A stretch of 64,000 bases of DNA from NCBI GenBank assembly GCA_964187785.1, contig OZ076421.1, positions 4,588,001 to 4,652,000 of the forward strand. Reading direction: 5' to 3'. The notes beneath the pieces are model-generated. The model had not been told where the DNA came from. It was given only the letters and a program-made list of their open reading frames with translations, and ran no database searches. Shown piece by piece: positions 1-14,500 of the stretch. The DNA comes from Amphiscolops sp. MND2022 (Eukaryota). Both the position numbers and the translations under genes were made by a program. Each line of letters starts with the position of its first letter. The stretch's first letter is position 1.

Positions 1-780
1 ATTAAAAAGCAACCGGCCATGACAGAGCAAATGAAAATTAACCATTTTCATTCTTCGCTCAGAAAAGGGGCTTTGCAGACATTTGGAACATATACTGAAT
101 CAACCGTCAAACACTCGAGGACGTTCTGGTCACATTCCGGAGAAAATACGTCAAACCGGAATCCCAAGCTACGGCAAAACATAAATGGCATCGGCTCACT
201 TTCGACCCAAATACGATGCAAGTGCCGGATTTCTTGGAGGAATTGAACGAGGGGACAGAAAAAAAGCTTCTGGTGAGAACGCAAAAAGCATGATTGACAG
301 CTTGTTGTATGCAAAACTGCCTCCAAAATTGAAACGATCTATCAAAATGGCCCGCCTGGAGAACGGGACATACGAAGAGATCATCGCTCATCTTCAAAGA
401 GAGCTTGAATTTAATGCATTAGAAGAGTCAGATGACTTACCAATGGCCACAATGGCCTCTGCGTCCACCAGTAACAGCAATTTGCTGTGTAATGGTATAA
501 ACACCAACAAGGACGCACAATGCTTTTATTGTAAGGCTACCGGCCACTACTATATGAGCTGCCCTAAACTAAAAAAGAAAAAGGATCTGGAGAACAAAAC
601 CAGCAGAAAACCCTAACGTCTAACATACACAGAATGCCCCACATGCGGGAAAAAAATCACCCCGCTGAGCGGTGCTGGAAAGGAGCTGGGGCACATCTAC
701 GTCCCAAGAAGACACACCCAGAAGACACGGCCGATGAAACCTCAGGTGACGCAAAAACATCTAAGAAGTCATCTAACACT
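1..780 (+). pseudogene. gag: Gag remnant with zinc knuckles
   Basis: ORF 185-616 contains CFYCKATGHYYMSC (CX2CX4HX4C); a second knuckle-like CPTCGKK..H...RCW follows past the stop at 614-616 and a frameshift. Confidence 0.82.
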
Positions 781-1436
781 GAAGCTACGTCTTCAGGCTA
801 ATCATCTTCACGCAAAACTGATCCAAGAAACTAATTTCGCCGCGACTCCAAATATGCAACCAGTGGTCAGTACGACAGTACGTCATATCTGACCCTCACA
901 ACATCATTTACAAACAAACTCAAGATGACACCACAGGGATACCATCGATTGTCTTGCAGCAGCAGATGGACAACGCCCGCATTGAATCCCAACATGTTAT
1001 CCACAGTGATCACACATACCAATATTGATGCAATAGCCATGAGAATGACTTCGAAACTCAATTTAGACCTCTACAAACTATCGAACTTTATAACCCTCAA
1101 TTTTATGATCCCGAGTATGGCAAAGACCCGTACTGGGACGATGAGTTGTACGACAAACGTAACCTACAATTTCGCAATGACAATTATCCTCCAACGGATG
1201 ATGAAGACGATCCAGACATAGTGGACAATACCCTGTCCAGGGCCCACATCGAGCTTTGGCAGCCAAACTTTGAAGCAACTTCGCCAGAAATAAAGACAAC
1301 ACATAGACATGAAGACCACAAGGGCCCTACCAGCCTCTTATATGAAACGGCCTTCTTGCACCTCTTAGTAGCCAAGGAAGGAGAACCATCCTACATTCCC
1401 CTTTCAACAAACGTTGGACTTAAATTTGAATGACAA

Positions 1437-4400
1437 ATGTTCTATTTCCCAATAGATTTTGGAGAATTAATCGTAGACGGCCTAATCGACACTGGGGCCC
1501 GGTCCGGTGCAATACCGGAAGCAGACCTCAAGAAAATACGCTTATTGGCACCTCAATCCATAATAAAAGAGGGCCCTGCTCTATCTTTTCACATAGTGGT
1601 CGCAAACGGAGATTTAGAAACCCCAAAGAGTACCGTCGAACTAAAATTTGAAGTGGGAGACATCGAATTCCATGAAATGTTTTTGTGATGGAAAAATTGT
1701 CCAGCCCCATAATTGGACTGATGTTCCTCCAAAGGAACCACACAGTCCTGGACATGCGCCAAGGATACTTAACTTTCATTAATTCTCGATGCAACTAAAG
1801 ACGGCTGACAACAAGTATTCAAACGTAATGGAACCCATCCTCAATCCAGAGGATGTTACAAATCCTCCAAGTGACCTCACAGTCTACTCGATAAGTCCCA
1901 AATTTATGCAGAAAACGCCGTAACGGGAATACTACAACCGAGTGATCTTTTACACGAAGAGGGCGGCGTAACATTTTGCTTCGCAATAGTCACATTTAAT
2001 GAAGGGACTATGTGGATACATAACAATAATTTTACTGATCAACCCTACAAACTCAAGAAAGGGTTGCAGATTGTAAATTTTGCACTGATGATTCCTGAGC
2101 AGATGAAACATGTCAGGCCAATTGACCCAGTGTCGACCAGGCACTTATTGAACCAAAATGAAGAAGATGTTATTTACTACATTAGTAGCCTTCTCAAAGC
2201 TAATGGAAATAACAACCAATACGAACAGTGTTGGTTCCCAATTCCTGAGAACCCAGGAAATGAAGTGTCACATTTTCCAATACAACAAAGAATTCTCAGG
2301 GAATTGCGAAACCTCTAAGAAGTGGAGAAACTCAACCTACAAGATTATGCAGAATCTGGACGAAAATTCCTCAGTAATTTTGACTGGAAAGACTCGATGC
2401 TACAACAGCATGAGATCAAACAATTAGAGGCTCTCTTGGTGCAATTCCACAATATCTTCGCCCGCCATAGATTTGATATTGGCGTAAACGAAGAAATCAC
2501 GGCCAAATTGACCCCGAAGGACGAATCACCTGCATATAGTCAGAGCCTACCTACTCCAGTCAATCTCAAAGAGGACATATTGGTCGAACTGGCGTTACTT
2601 CATAAATATGGTTTTATAACGACATTACCATTCCCCAAGTATGCCAGTCCCATATTCGCGCAGAAAAAGCCCAATGGTAAACTGAGACTGCTGGTTGATC
2701 TAAGAAATGAAATATTCTGATTTCAGATGATTACATCAATACAACCACCCAGTCAGTACCCTGACGGACGCCGCGCAACATATGGCCGGGAAAAACTCTT
2801 CTGCAAACTTGACAGTTTGCAGGCCTACCATTGTCTCCAAATGGCGTACCAGAGGTCCATCGAAATGCAGCCTTCAACTTTGCTAGCAAGACTTTTGCCT
2901 ATCGGAAATTGGCACAAGGACTCAGCCGAGCATTGTCGGCTTTCTCCAGCTTCATGAGAGACTATTTGGATTGTGTTATCAAAGCCGATCAAAGCGCTCA
3001 TTACGTGGACGATATCGGCATTGCGGCCAATGACGCCGACCACTTGATCGCAAATCTGAGGGTTACCTTTGAGTGTATCAGAGAAGGCGGAATAAAACTG
3101 ACCATGCACAAGTGCCAATTTGGCGCTACCGACTTTCTTGGGAGAACAATTGCTCCTGATGGAGTAAAACCCCGAAAAGAAAAAATTACCAATTTCTTGG
3201 AAAAGACGAAATTCCCGAAGTCCAAGAAGGCTCTACAGCGCTCTCTTGGTTTCCTCAATTACTACAGGAACTATATACCAAGATTAGCCGAAAAACTAGT
3301 TTCATTCTTCCAACTCCTCAAAAAGGAAGAGAAGGTCCCAGTGACAACGGAACTAGTCAAACAATTCAACTAGATTAACAGAGACTTAAACAGGTGTAGC
3401 CAATTACTGCTGAAACAAACATTGCCAAACAAACAACTAGTTCTCATGACTGATGCAAGCTTCACAGCAGCCGGCTACGCCATATTGACTGAAGATGACC
3501 CCAATCAGAAATATATTTCTGTCACAAAGTCCTATGAGCCAATTGCATACGTATCAAAAACTTTTACTCCTTCTCAGCTCAAAATGTCAATATATGCAAA
3601 GGAATTCCTAGCCATATTTTACGCGTTTAAAGAGTTTGGACATACTTTCTGTGGATCACCTCAACCTGTAATTATCCTCACAGATAATAAATTGGTCACG
3701 AGGTTCTTCCAGACCAAGATCATACCACCGCCACTCTGGAATGCTTGTGATTTTGTCAATCGATTCAATTTCATCATAGCCCACATTCCAGGCAAGAATA
3801 CCACAGCGGAGGACTATCTATCCCGTATGGCAATGGACCCTACTGAAAAGTTAGTCCTGAAAATACGCGAAGACGTAGAAACCAGACCAATCGAGGTCAA
3901 TGTCCAATCAGCCGGAGTGTCTGAGGAAGAGCAAGTCTTTTTACTGAAGAAGACAATGATACAGAAGAACAGATTTGGGAACGAAAGATACAAGCTAAAA
4001 AGTTACTCAAGGTCCCTGAGTCATAAATTCAAATTGATGCAATATCAAAAAATACCGTGTACGAAATCAGAAATTTCGAAGAGCGAATCAGATACTGCTT
4101 GAACAGTCTAAAGATCCAATTTTGCCCCAATTGAAGGCAAAAGTTCAGAAAGAAGAATATTCTGAGGAAATCATTCAACAGGACACTTGGTACAAAAATT
4201 ATTTGAACAATATAGACCGAATACTCCTCAAGGACGAAATAGTGACACGACAGTATTATACAGTATTATGATGAAATTGGACAAATCAAATACCATCAAA
4301 TTCTATTATCAAAGCATTTAGTCAACGAATTACTACAAGCAATACATGGCACGGCACATCGGCACCCGGGCATTTCTAAAATGCTACAGGAAATTCGCCA

Positions 4401-5483
4401 AAAAACATTAACTACCCAGGAATTGCAAAATACTTCAAAAAATGTGTAGAAGGCTGTGAAATATGTGCCAAGGACAAACGGGTCCCTAATACTGTAATTA
4501 CGCCCGAGTTACTAAACTAGCCCGAATGGGACCTCGACCCAGAAGATGCAAATTGACCTACTACCGAATTTACCGACCAGTGGCGGATACCAAACAGTGA
4601 CGACAGCAATAGATGTATTCTCAAGATATATATTTGCCTACCCGCTAATTGAGGCGACAGCCACAAATGTGGCCAAGGTGATATTTGATATAATGACGAA
4701 ACACTCTTGCAGACAACCCTCTTCACGGACAAGGGGTCCGTATATACTTCAACAATCCTAAAGGAAATTACCGCGATTTTGGGAATAACACTTGAATGTG
4801 CTACGACGAAACATCCGCAAACGATTGGCAAGTTTGAAAGGACACACGCCTCCCTAAAGACCATCTTGGAAATGGCTTCAGGGGAATATAGACGCCAATG
4901 GCACAAATACCTGCCACTAGCCGTGCTCAATTATATCACAACTTACCATTCTAGTATTGGATGTGAGCCTAGTAAGGTCTTTCATGGCCAAATCCCCTTT
5001 CTTGTAAGGTCTTTCAATGTCCTTGATCATAAAATAGGAAAAAATCCAATTAAAAACTTCCTACCAACGACAGAATTTGCTGAAGAAATACAACAGAGGA
5101 CGCAAATCCTCATTGACTAAACGAAAAAGAATATTATGCAGTCGTATTTAAAATACAAAGAATATTACGATCGCAAGGCCAAAGCAGCTCCGCAACAGGA
5201 AAAGGACTATTGTTTTGTTCGTCAACCGAAAGCGGAAAGTCAAGGCTCTAAAATACCTTTTAGGGACTACAGGTGGATTAGTCCCTTTATTGTAGAAAAT
5301 ATTTTGCCAAACAACAATTATATAGTGCGCCGTTTAAATACAAACAAAACGCAGATTCTACACCGTATCAGGCTCAAAAAAATAGTCCCAAATGCTCCAT
5401 TAGAGGACAAATATAAAGAAGAAAAATTACAGCCCGACGAAGGAATAGCAATACCGCAAGATGATTTGTATACCATTTCATAG
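1437..5483 (+). pseudogene. pol: Pol remnant: aspartic protease, RT, RNase H, integrase
   Basis: LIDTGA (1437-1688); KKPNGKLRLLVDLR and HYVDD (~3000); LMTDAS, IYAKEFLA, ILTDNK (3422-4102); QIDLLPNLP, IDVFSRY, FTDKGS, IGKFERTH (4546-5120); WISPFIVE..LPNNNYIVR (5136-5483). Fragmented by stops and frameshifts. Confidence 0.93.
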
Positions 5484-6227
5484 GAAGCGTCCTTTGAGTA
5501 CGAACTGTATGAGCCGAGAAGACGTAATTGGCCAGACGCGGCCACGCGTCTGCCGCAGGACGCCTAGAGCAGCGACGTGGACTATTACGTCAACGAAGAT
5601 GAATGCTGCAGCACGAATGAAGATGAACGCAACAGCGAAAAAAGGAATGGAAATGACGTCACCGAGAATGAAATAAGGCCAAGGCCGGCCAACAGCCGAG
5701 AAGCGACGTCCCCGCCGCATGAATCGTCACGTTGGACAGAAAATGAGAATGACGTCACTAATGATTTATAATGCACGGAAATTGCTTCAAATGGAGGCGC
5801 AGATATTACCGTGCCCGGAATACCGGAAAAGAAAAAAAATTGAAAAAATTTTAGACCGAGAGGAGGGAAATATAATCTTCGACCCCACCCCCAACTTCAC
5901 TGATGAAACCAAGTATTAGTCAGATATGTAAATTATTGTCCCGATAGTCACGTGGACTAACTGATGATTTTTACTTCTATTTTGGGACTTCTCTGACTTT
6001 ACTATACATACAAAAGAAAACAAAAGGAGGACTCAATGTCCCCAAATACAAAGTGAGCCACTAAAAAATAACAAGCTAACAACATTAAACCGACTGCAAG
6101 AATATAGACAAATACAATAGATACAAATAACAAGACTATCAAACAAATGTACGCTATGTACAGTTAATCTTTAGAGCAGCTCTGTTGGAGTCCGTCAGCT
6201 GAATTAGGATTTTTGCTGGTACTACTT

Positions 6228-7163
6228 TTAACCAAAAACGACCTTTTTATTACGCTTGCTAGGAGATCGTAAGCCCTGTCTTTCATCAGAACTGGAACTG
6301 GATAAAACTGGACAACTAGCAGATGCAGAAGCCTTTCCCGAGGAATTGTACACAGAGCAAAATACTTTGTGGAATCCAACTCGCCCAGAATGCTCCACGT
6401 GTGACCATGGGTCCCCGGCTACATTGCCACTGTTGAACCTGGTTTCTAGCTCAATATATTGGGATAGAGCTACTTCATTGGTACATCTAGTCACTGAACC
6501 TGGAACTTGAGCGAGATATGATTGAGCAGGCAAAATCGCCTCAGAAAGACGCAAACGAGGATCTCCACTGTCCACTCCTGGGAATTTGACTGCAGGTGGC
6601 GTCACATCCCCCTCCGTCAAGCACAGACAACTGAGACGAAATAAATGCAGTAGAAGTTTACCTTCCTTGAATTCGGGAATATTGAATAAAAGAATGACCA
6701 TGTCGTTGAAGACCTCGAGGTTGTCCTTAAAACTGGAGTATTTACATCGGAAGCACTCTAAGAATCCTACGTACTCATCTCGCAGATCGTCTTCCGGGCA
6801 ATTGGCCATCCATCCGCGCAGTTTGAAACTCTTATACAAAGACTTCAGATAAGACAAAGCCTCATCAAGAGGAAGGACCAGGAGTACAATGGGATCGAAG
6901 CAGGCCATTCCACGTACAATGTCTGCATTCAGCCGGATATCTTCAAGTAGAATTTCGATAAGTGAGACAATGATCTGCCGTGCCTGTGTAGAAAAATCTT
7001 CTCTGGCAGCTTCTATCATGTCCTCTACGCTCCCAGGTTTCTTGTCGCTGGAGTCTCGGCGGGCCTTCACTCGGCAGGCTGCGTCCAAATCCGACTTCAA
7101 CTTCAGGCGGAAAATAAAATCACGTCCAGAGAGCTGCTTGAGTTCCTGTCCTGATAATTCCAA
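6228..7163 (-). CDS. Uncharacterised 311-aa ORF antisense to the Gypsy element; no ATG start, possibly a spliced exon or transposase remnant
   Basis: Long stop-free frame with globular-looking composition; frame stays open upstream to about 7240 without ATG; pyrimidine tract plus AG lies just upstream on the minus strand. No family recognised. Confidence 0.45.
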   Translation of the reverse strand: MELSGQELKQLSGRDFIFRLKLKSDLDAACRVKARRDSSDKKPGSVEDMIEAAREDFSTQARQIIVSLIEILLEDIRLNADIVRGMACFDPIVLLVLPLDEALSYLKSLYKSFKLRGWMANCPEDDLRDEYVGFLECFRCKYSSFKDNLEVFNDMVILLFNIPEFKEGKLLLHLFRLSCLCLTEGDVTPPAVKFPGVDSGDPRLRLSEAILPAQSYLAQVPGSVTRCTNEVALSQYIELETRFNSGNVAGDPWSHVEHSGRVGFHKVFCSVYNSSGKASASASCPVLSSSSSDERQGLRSPSKRNKKVVFG

Positions 7164-9378
7164 TACGGCAGCCCATTCTGTGATTCCAGGAACATAAGAG
7201 AGGAGTAACGATCGATAACAGAGTTTCCCTCAGAACAGAGTGCTCAAAACTCTTGGTGTCTAAACAGCAGATTAGAAGTTACAATTACGTTGGCAACAAA
7301 TGTCCGGCCCCAATTTTACAACACAAGACAAAATGACAATCAGGATAGAATGGTTAAAGCAGACAAGCAGTGACAATCTGTGGAGACAAACTGATACTTA
7401 CAGTCTTTAATAATTCTTCCGAAAATTTCCAACTTTATCGGGAAAAATTCATCAGTGAGGAAAACCCACTCGAGACTTTGGGGCTGTAATGAAAATTCAA
7501 ACACAAATTAAGACTAGAAAGTCAACCAAGGGTAGTTGCGGCCGTGTGTCCATATTGAAGTGTATAACTACCTTATGTCGGACTCCTTGATTCACTTGTG
7601 AGGGAGCAGTTCTAGTGAGATAATCCAGTACATGTTTCCACTGTGCCAAGAGCTCTGAACAGGCACTGTGCCAAGAGCTTTGAGGCTGGGAAAAAACTCA
7701 ACTCTAGCTTGCAGGAGGAGACAGCCTGAAAGCAGCCCAAACAGATGGACATATAGCGCAAATTCCTCCCTTACACCTATGTTCAGGAGAGTACTTACCG
7801 AGGATAGTTCAGGGGATTTGATGGCCCATATTTGGTCCTGACATCCATTGAGGAAGAAGACTATCAATACTTCAATTGCGAGAAAAAATCAATGGTCCCG
7901 ACCACAGCTCCATTGGCCTGTCACAACACTGCAGGAAATGATTCGGTATTGAATCTGAACGGGCATTGGATCCCTTTTTGAAGTATGTAGATCGGTCAAG
8001 GTAGATCGGAGCGACAGCTTGAGACACTGACCAGTCTGGGGTTGGAGGAGAAAGCTGGAAGCAGCCTAGACATCAGGTGGATGAACCCAGCTTGAGGATC
8101 AGAAGCGAGCCTGAATTGAGCCACATAGACTCGGACCAAGTTCTCGTCTTTCCAGAAGCGGACATAACAGTGGCTGTGTGACCCTCGAGTCTCCAACTCC
8201 AGCGCATTCATAGTTTCGGAGACTATGTGGTGTGAGATATCTGCGATGGCGCACTGTCACTGACACGTCTTGAAACAGGCCTCTTCCGGGGGTCGCATGC
8301 AGCTCGCGGGTGGAAGATCCACTTCCCTTCTGGAGTTGACATCAACATGCGCGTCTCTTGGCCACTGTCGCCACCCTCAAGCTTTTTTTCCCCTGTCATA
8401 GACTTCCCTCGCCGTCGTGTGCTCATCTCTCATATTTACGCTCTTCGATGAGTTCCATGTGTTAAGTTGACTTCCTCTCGCCTGGTCACCCAGTGGTTCA
8501 TAACTTGTTTCTCGGTGCTTACTCGCCGATGTCATCTCAGTCTTGTTCCATGGGTGCGTCAGACAAATCCTCTAGGGTTTTATGAACATCATCTGCCTCC
8601 CATTCACTTTCGAGTGGCTATTCCCCATGTCAACGATGAGAACACCCGTGTTCGCGTTTGAACTATCAATGTCCGAGAGCATCAGCACAACTACAGGATT
8701 TCCTTTTCGTCGAATCCAACTTCGACAACTCTGTTCGAAGATGTGGAGCGCCGTGCATTCTCTCCATTTCGTGACTTTGCAGCGGCTTCGGGAGGAGAGG
8801 CGATGCCTCTGCTGCACCCAGTCTTCCTCACATAAACGTGACACAGCTGGTTCCCAATTAACAGCCGGGAACCAAAGCGCCTGATACCATCCGCTGAAGT
8901 TCTGGGCAAAGCGTTTAAAGGCTAAGACGTTCCAGGGTCAGACATTAAGTTTACTTGCATCCACAAGGCAGTCATGAGCCACAGAAATGAACCTCAAACT
9001 TGTCTCTTGAGTCTAGCACCGCTTGCTTTTGTCAGTTTTGTATCAACATTGTGGTCTGGCACACACTGTGACGCTCTCCTCGCAACTCGAGCACTGTGTC
9101 CCGGGCCACACTGCGGTTCATCTTCAACAACCATGGTCTGAATTCCAAGCGACGGCTTTTCTGTACTTGTTGGGAAAATACGGAAAAGAAATACAAACAT
9201 TAGATGGTGTGTATTATTTGTCTGAATTAGATTAATCAACAAGACAAACCGTGTTGAATAGTTTGAAGAAAGACCAGTACAAAGGTATTGTTGACCTTCA
9301 ACATAGAATGAAACTAACCGATACTGAGATTAATTTCATACTTTTTCCAAACTAATTTGTAAAATTTAAACTATATAA

Positions 9379-9860
9379 ATGAGTGAAAAATTGTATCCCG
9401 GTTTACAACAGCATCTTGATAGTCTTGATATACGATTGAAAGAAATAAATAGTTTTAATATTTCAATTCAAAATATAAAAGATAAAAATTTTTTATAATC
9501 ATGAAGCTAAAAAATATAAAAGAAAAATAAACAAAACAAGCTTAAAAATTGTTTAATTCAATCCATTGATGGAGTTTCAGTACTAGCTGTATCATCAACA
9601 TGTGTCACATTAGTGGTAAAGGTGCAGCTTTATGTATAATCAGTAAGCTTCTTGGTGAGTATCTGAGAAGAAAAGAACAACACAATAATAAAAAATATAC
9701 TCTTGCTGGTAGAACACTACATGATTTCTGTAAACTACATTCAAAATGTTTAGAAGATAATAAAAGCGATTTGAATGAATACAACAAACTAAAACAAACA
9801 TACAATGTATATAAAACAAATAAAACTAAACTAAATTCTGAGTTTACTTTTTCAGGATAA
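9379..9860 (+). pseudogene. Small Polinton ORF with a central hydrophobic segment, frameshifted
   Basis: ATG 9379 MSEKLYPGLQQH...; hydrophobic SIDGVSVLAVSSTCV/GAALCIISKLLGEYL joins ORF 9600-9860 across frameshifts. Confidence 0.45.
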
Positions 9861-9972
9861 ATTTCGCGCCTTCGGTGTTTAATAAAATTATTATAAATAT
9901 AAATTTTATATCATCATCATGAATATTTTTTCTGTATAAATGGAATTATTTTAATTGAAAAATAAATATGCT

Positions 9973-11169
9973 ATGGATAAACCCATTCATTAAATTGATT
10001 TTATTAAATACTCACCTAGTAGTTTAGCAACAATCAACAACAATAATTCAAGTATTTCCATCATCTTACTAAGAGAAGGTGCATATATTTGTTTGCAGAA
10101 TTCTTTTATTAGTCTAGAATTTGAAGTTATTAAAAATGACGATACAAGATATGCAGATGGTGACCAAATAAGTTTAGTCAACTTTGGGCCTGTTGCTTTA
10201 TTCATTGAAGCGAAACTTGTAACTAGTTCATGTAAACATCTACAGAAAGTTGATATCCTACACCCGATATGTTTAATGTACAAACTTTTAACAAGTACCC
10301 AACAAACAAGTCAGTTAATGTATGGGTTTGAAGAATCAATCGCTATCAGAAGACAAGAACTAACAACAGACAAAACGGCAAAAGCAACCTTTTTTGTTAG
10401 AATAAAATTACCTTATATATTTGGATTTGCAGATCAAGAATAAATACCTTATGGATTGGGTTATTCTCTGACATTGAAACGTAATAATAATAAGGATCCT
10501 ATCTTCAGGGACAACGGTGTAGATGCTGCAAAAATAAATATAAAAGATATTGCTTGGTATATTCCACACTATGTTCCTAGCTTAGAAAACCAACAACTTG
10601 TTCTTAATCAAATATTAAAAAAAGATCCAACCGAATTATTTTACACTGAAAGAGTTGTTTATAGAAAAGATGTTAACACCAATAACAAATGGACATTTGA
10701 ATTAGGCAACAGTGGAGAATCGATACCAAGTTTTATAATTGCTGGATTTCAAGCTAGAAATAAAATTGATTCACAAACACATACTAATGCAATATTTGAT
10801 AAACTTCCCATTTCAAATGCTGTTTGTAAAATAGGATCAGAAAAATATCCCGATGATGGAATAGAATGTGACTACAACCGCGACAAATATGATCAAGCAT
10901 ACAGTGAACTTGAAAACTTCTATTTGTTAAAAAGTGAAACGAATCTACTCAATCCGTTTATTGATTTGCATAAATTCAGGACAAATTATAATTTGTATGT
11001 ATTCGTTTTATCCAAACAAAAAGATAATATTGCCAGTCAACCTATTAGGTTGGAATTTAAATTTAGTGCTGCTATTGATGTAGCTGATTTTATAGCTGAT
11101 GCCCTAGTCCTAACACCCAAACTGATAAGTATCAGCAGTGATGGACAAAGGCATTTTGATTTAATATAA
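9973..11169 (+). pseudogene. Polinton-type major capsid protein (double jelly-roll), two in-frame stops
   Basis: ATG 9973, ORF 10093-10443 and ORF 10456-11169 share one frame (398 codons; TAA at 9991 and 10441). C-terminal IGSEKYPDDGIECDY...AYSELENF...FRTNYNLYVFVLSKQ...IRLEFKF resembles Polinton MCP motifs as I recall them. Confidence 0.72.
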
Positions 11170-11521
11170 TAAATCAATTTATGAGAAATAAATTTATAAT
11201 TAATAAGGAATCAATGATATAATAATTTATATATATTTATATAAAATGATAAAGAAACTCTGATATTGAAATAAATGATGAAAACAATAAAGTAAAATTT
11301 ATTAAATAAAAGTGATAAATATATATGCGAAGATGTATAGATTATAAAAGATTTGCCCGATCACTTATCAGTTTCAAAAGCTGCTGATGGGTTAGATTTT
11401 CTTCTAAATACCAAACATTCCAATATATTTCTTCATCCCGGAGGGTCTTCGCTTCTGTTTCACTTTCAGTTAGTTCAATTTAATACAATCTAATAAATTT
11501 TATACAAAGTGTACAATGACA

Positions 11522-14500
11522 TTAGCCACTTTGTATGTGTTCATTCCATGGGAGACTTTGGGTTAGGTTCCAATACATCCTTTCATCATCAAATGGATTC
11601 AAAGCTATCTTATCTTGCTTTTGAACAGTTATATTATGAGCATTTGAACGGGTAGAATAATTATTTGCAAATGTTGTTTGAGAATTAAATAATGAATTAA
11701 AATAACTTTCCTTCTTGGGAGATTTTTGTATACCTTTTTTTCGAAATTTCTTTATTTGCATAAGAATAAGCATATGACTTTGATCTCAAAGCTATGAAAT
11801 TGTCTAGTTCAATAATTGGTGATGTTTCTATTTTCTTTTCACCTATACCTTTCTTAATTTTTAAAACGTATAATGGAGGGTTTTTATCCATTTCACTGAA
11901 ATCAAAATCATCATTGAAACATTCCAAGTCTTTTATAAGGTCTTTAGTTTTTATTGATAAGATAATCTGTATCCTTATAATCTTAATTATAAGAATCTGT
12001 ATCCATATAATGCAGTTTAATTTTTGAATCATAATATGGTTGTACTTTGTGATAATAAAACTCATACATTAACAACTTGGACAACTCCAAGACACTAAAT
12101 CCTAAATATATAGGTTTATCAAAAGTTATTTTTTCTTTGTCATATTTGTATAAGCTGAAATCATTATAATGTTGTGATGTTCCTTTGAAGCCTTACTTCG
12201 ATTGTATTTTTATTATTTGATCAATTTCAGTATGAGGGATAATCTCTATATTTCTTCTTTTTCTTACATTTTCCATAGGCTTACCAAAGAAAGCATTGTT
12301 CATAAATTTATAAAGATCCTTTCCAAAGTTTGTTTTGGCTTTTGTGCGTTTTTGGGTGTTATGATCAATGTCTTTTGCTAACCATGGACTTTGCTTGAAG
12401 CGGTAAATGGTGTGAATTTTTGTTACTTTCATCCCCAAATTAATATAAAACTTGAACATCCTGTAGTGTATCATATAATTTTGTTTGTTTGTTAGGTCAC
12501 ACATCAATTTAAGTGTGGGTTTATAATTCAGTTGTTTTACACTATTCATATAATCTGAGAAAAGAATAGGACCTGCTTTTGTTTGATAAGGACAAAGTGG
12601 AAAGTTTTCGGTTTTTTCTTTAATTTCAGCCGGATATTCTAAATCACATTCTATGAAGTAGCCATATTCATTATCATCTGGTGTACTCAAAATGTCTTCT
12701 TTAATTTCTTCACACAGTTCCAAATCATCTATCCTAAAAACGGTATCGTTTTAGAGTCTCCAGTAGGAAGGTATTGACTCATTGCCCATTCATAAAGATT
12801 ATTTGCATCTATGTATAAAAGTTTAGTGTTTTCATCTGATTGAATACCGGAGGTGTTTTGTATACAGCTTCGCTGGCGTTGCATATCAGAGGTGCTTTGC
12901 ACATATCGATCACTCATTACACTTGAAATTCCTCCACGTATATTGTTTTCCAACAATAACAACAAGTGTTTATCTTTTATTAAATCTAATTTAATTTTGA
13001 TCATCTTCAAACCAGCTTTCCATGTATAACTTGGTGCTGAGTAACTGTACAACGGATTAATACCATACATAAGAGTAGACTTCTCAACAAAGTTCTCAAA
13101 TACATCAGCTAATTGTAAAACATCCAATTTGAGGTACAACATAGTTAATTCTTGTCCGTTCTTTACATCATATTTTGAATAATATCTTGTGTACGTTTAA
13201 TTTCTTCATCTGATGGATATGCTTGTTTTAGTGTTGACCAGAAATCTTCTTTTTTCAGATTTAATGGTTCTTGGAAATTACCTAGATTAAGATATTCATA
13301 AGGATAAGCCAGTTTCTTATTGAATAATTCTTCCATAAACCCATTTTCATCCATTACTGGTAAGTTGTTCAAACTTTTAACTAATTTATCTAAACTACTA
13401 CTTAGAAAACGATATAAACCTAAGAATCTTAAACAACCTACTTGAATTGATACATAATTTTCCATTGACTTTGGAATTATTTTTGGTTGATACCCCATTT
13501 TGTAAGCTTGTGTTAAGAGTTGTTCAAATATAAGGTGACTATCATACCCAGAAAAGTTATGGAAAAAGACAGGAATAAAACTTGATGACTTTTGTTTACA
13601 ATTTAGATTACATTTAGAGTGGGCTGCTCCTCTGTATTTTCCTTTAGGATGATCATGATCTCTTACTTTACCTTCAGTAAAAGGTTGTTCGCTATCAGCA
13701 AAGCTGGCTTCACAAAGCCAACACTCTTCTGCAAGTTTAAATGATTCTTCTTCTTGAGGAGTTATTTCTAATTCTAAATTTGTTTTAAAATAGTCACTAG
13801 CAATTTTTTCTAAAGTTAACATTTCATTTACAAACCACTTGATACAATCTGTTCCAAAGTATGAATGGTAATAGTTTCCAAATGGTGAAATTACATAAAA
13901 TCCTACTGCAATTGGATATTGTTTAAATAATACTTTGGAGTCATTTGTGGATTGATTAATACATTCGAAATCAGCATATACTCTTATTGGTACAGGAACT
14001 TTTATATGATAATCTTCGAACTTTAACTGATCCTTCGAACTGATTGTGATATTAGTTGGTTGCTGTTTTTGACAACGATCAATATGATCAATTAGAATCG
14101 ATTGCGATCTAAATGCTGTTAGATATCATCTACATACATGTTTCATATGTGAATCTTTATTATTTATTAATCAATGTAACTTTGTTATTAGACAATAGTG
14201 ATTTTCATACAATAACAAATATATTTGTGGTTGTAAGTAATTTTTGTTAATGTGAATTGGTGTTAGAACTGTTCCAGTGAGTTCAAATACATTTATCTTT
14301 ATAGTATTTAGATTTTCAAACTTGGGTGTATCTTTAACGTTCATAGGGAATTGTTCACCTTTCAGGTTGGAATTTATTAAAATGCTTTGAATAACTCGAT
14401 GTTATAATTTTATTATTATCAACTGGATACAAATGAGCTAAAATACACCATAAAAAAACAAAATTGATCATTATTTTTTGTATTTATAATTGATTTGTTA

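Larger units (their letters stand above)
1..5919 (+). mobile_element. Degraded Ty3/Gypsy LTR retrotransposon internal region (family 1), cut by the window start
   Basis: Domain order gag(CCHC)-PR-RT-RH-IN across broken ORFs; ends with GKYNLRP..PNF C-terminal motif near 5870-5919; many stops and frameshifts. LTRs not confidently delimited. Confidence 0.92.
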
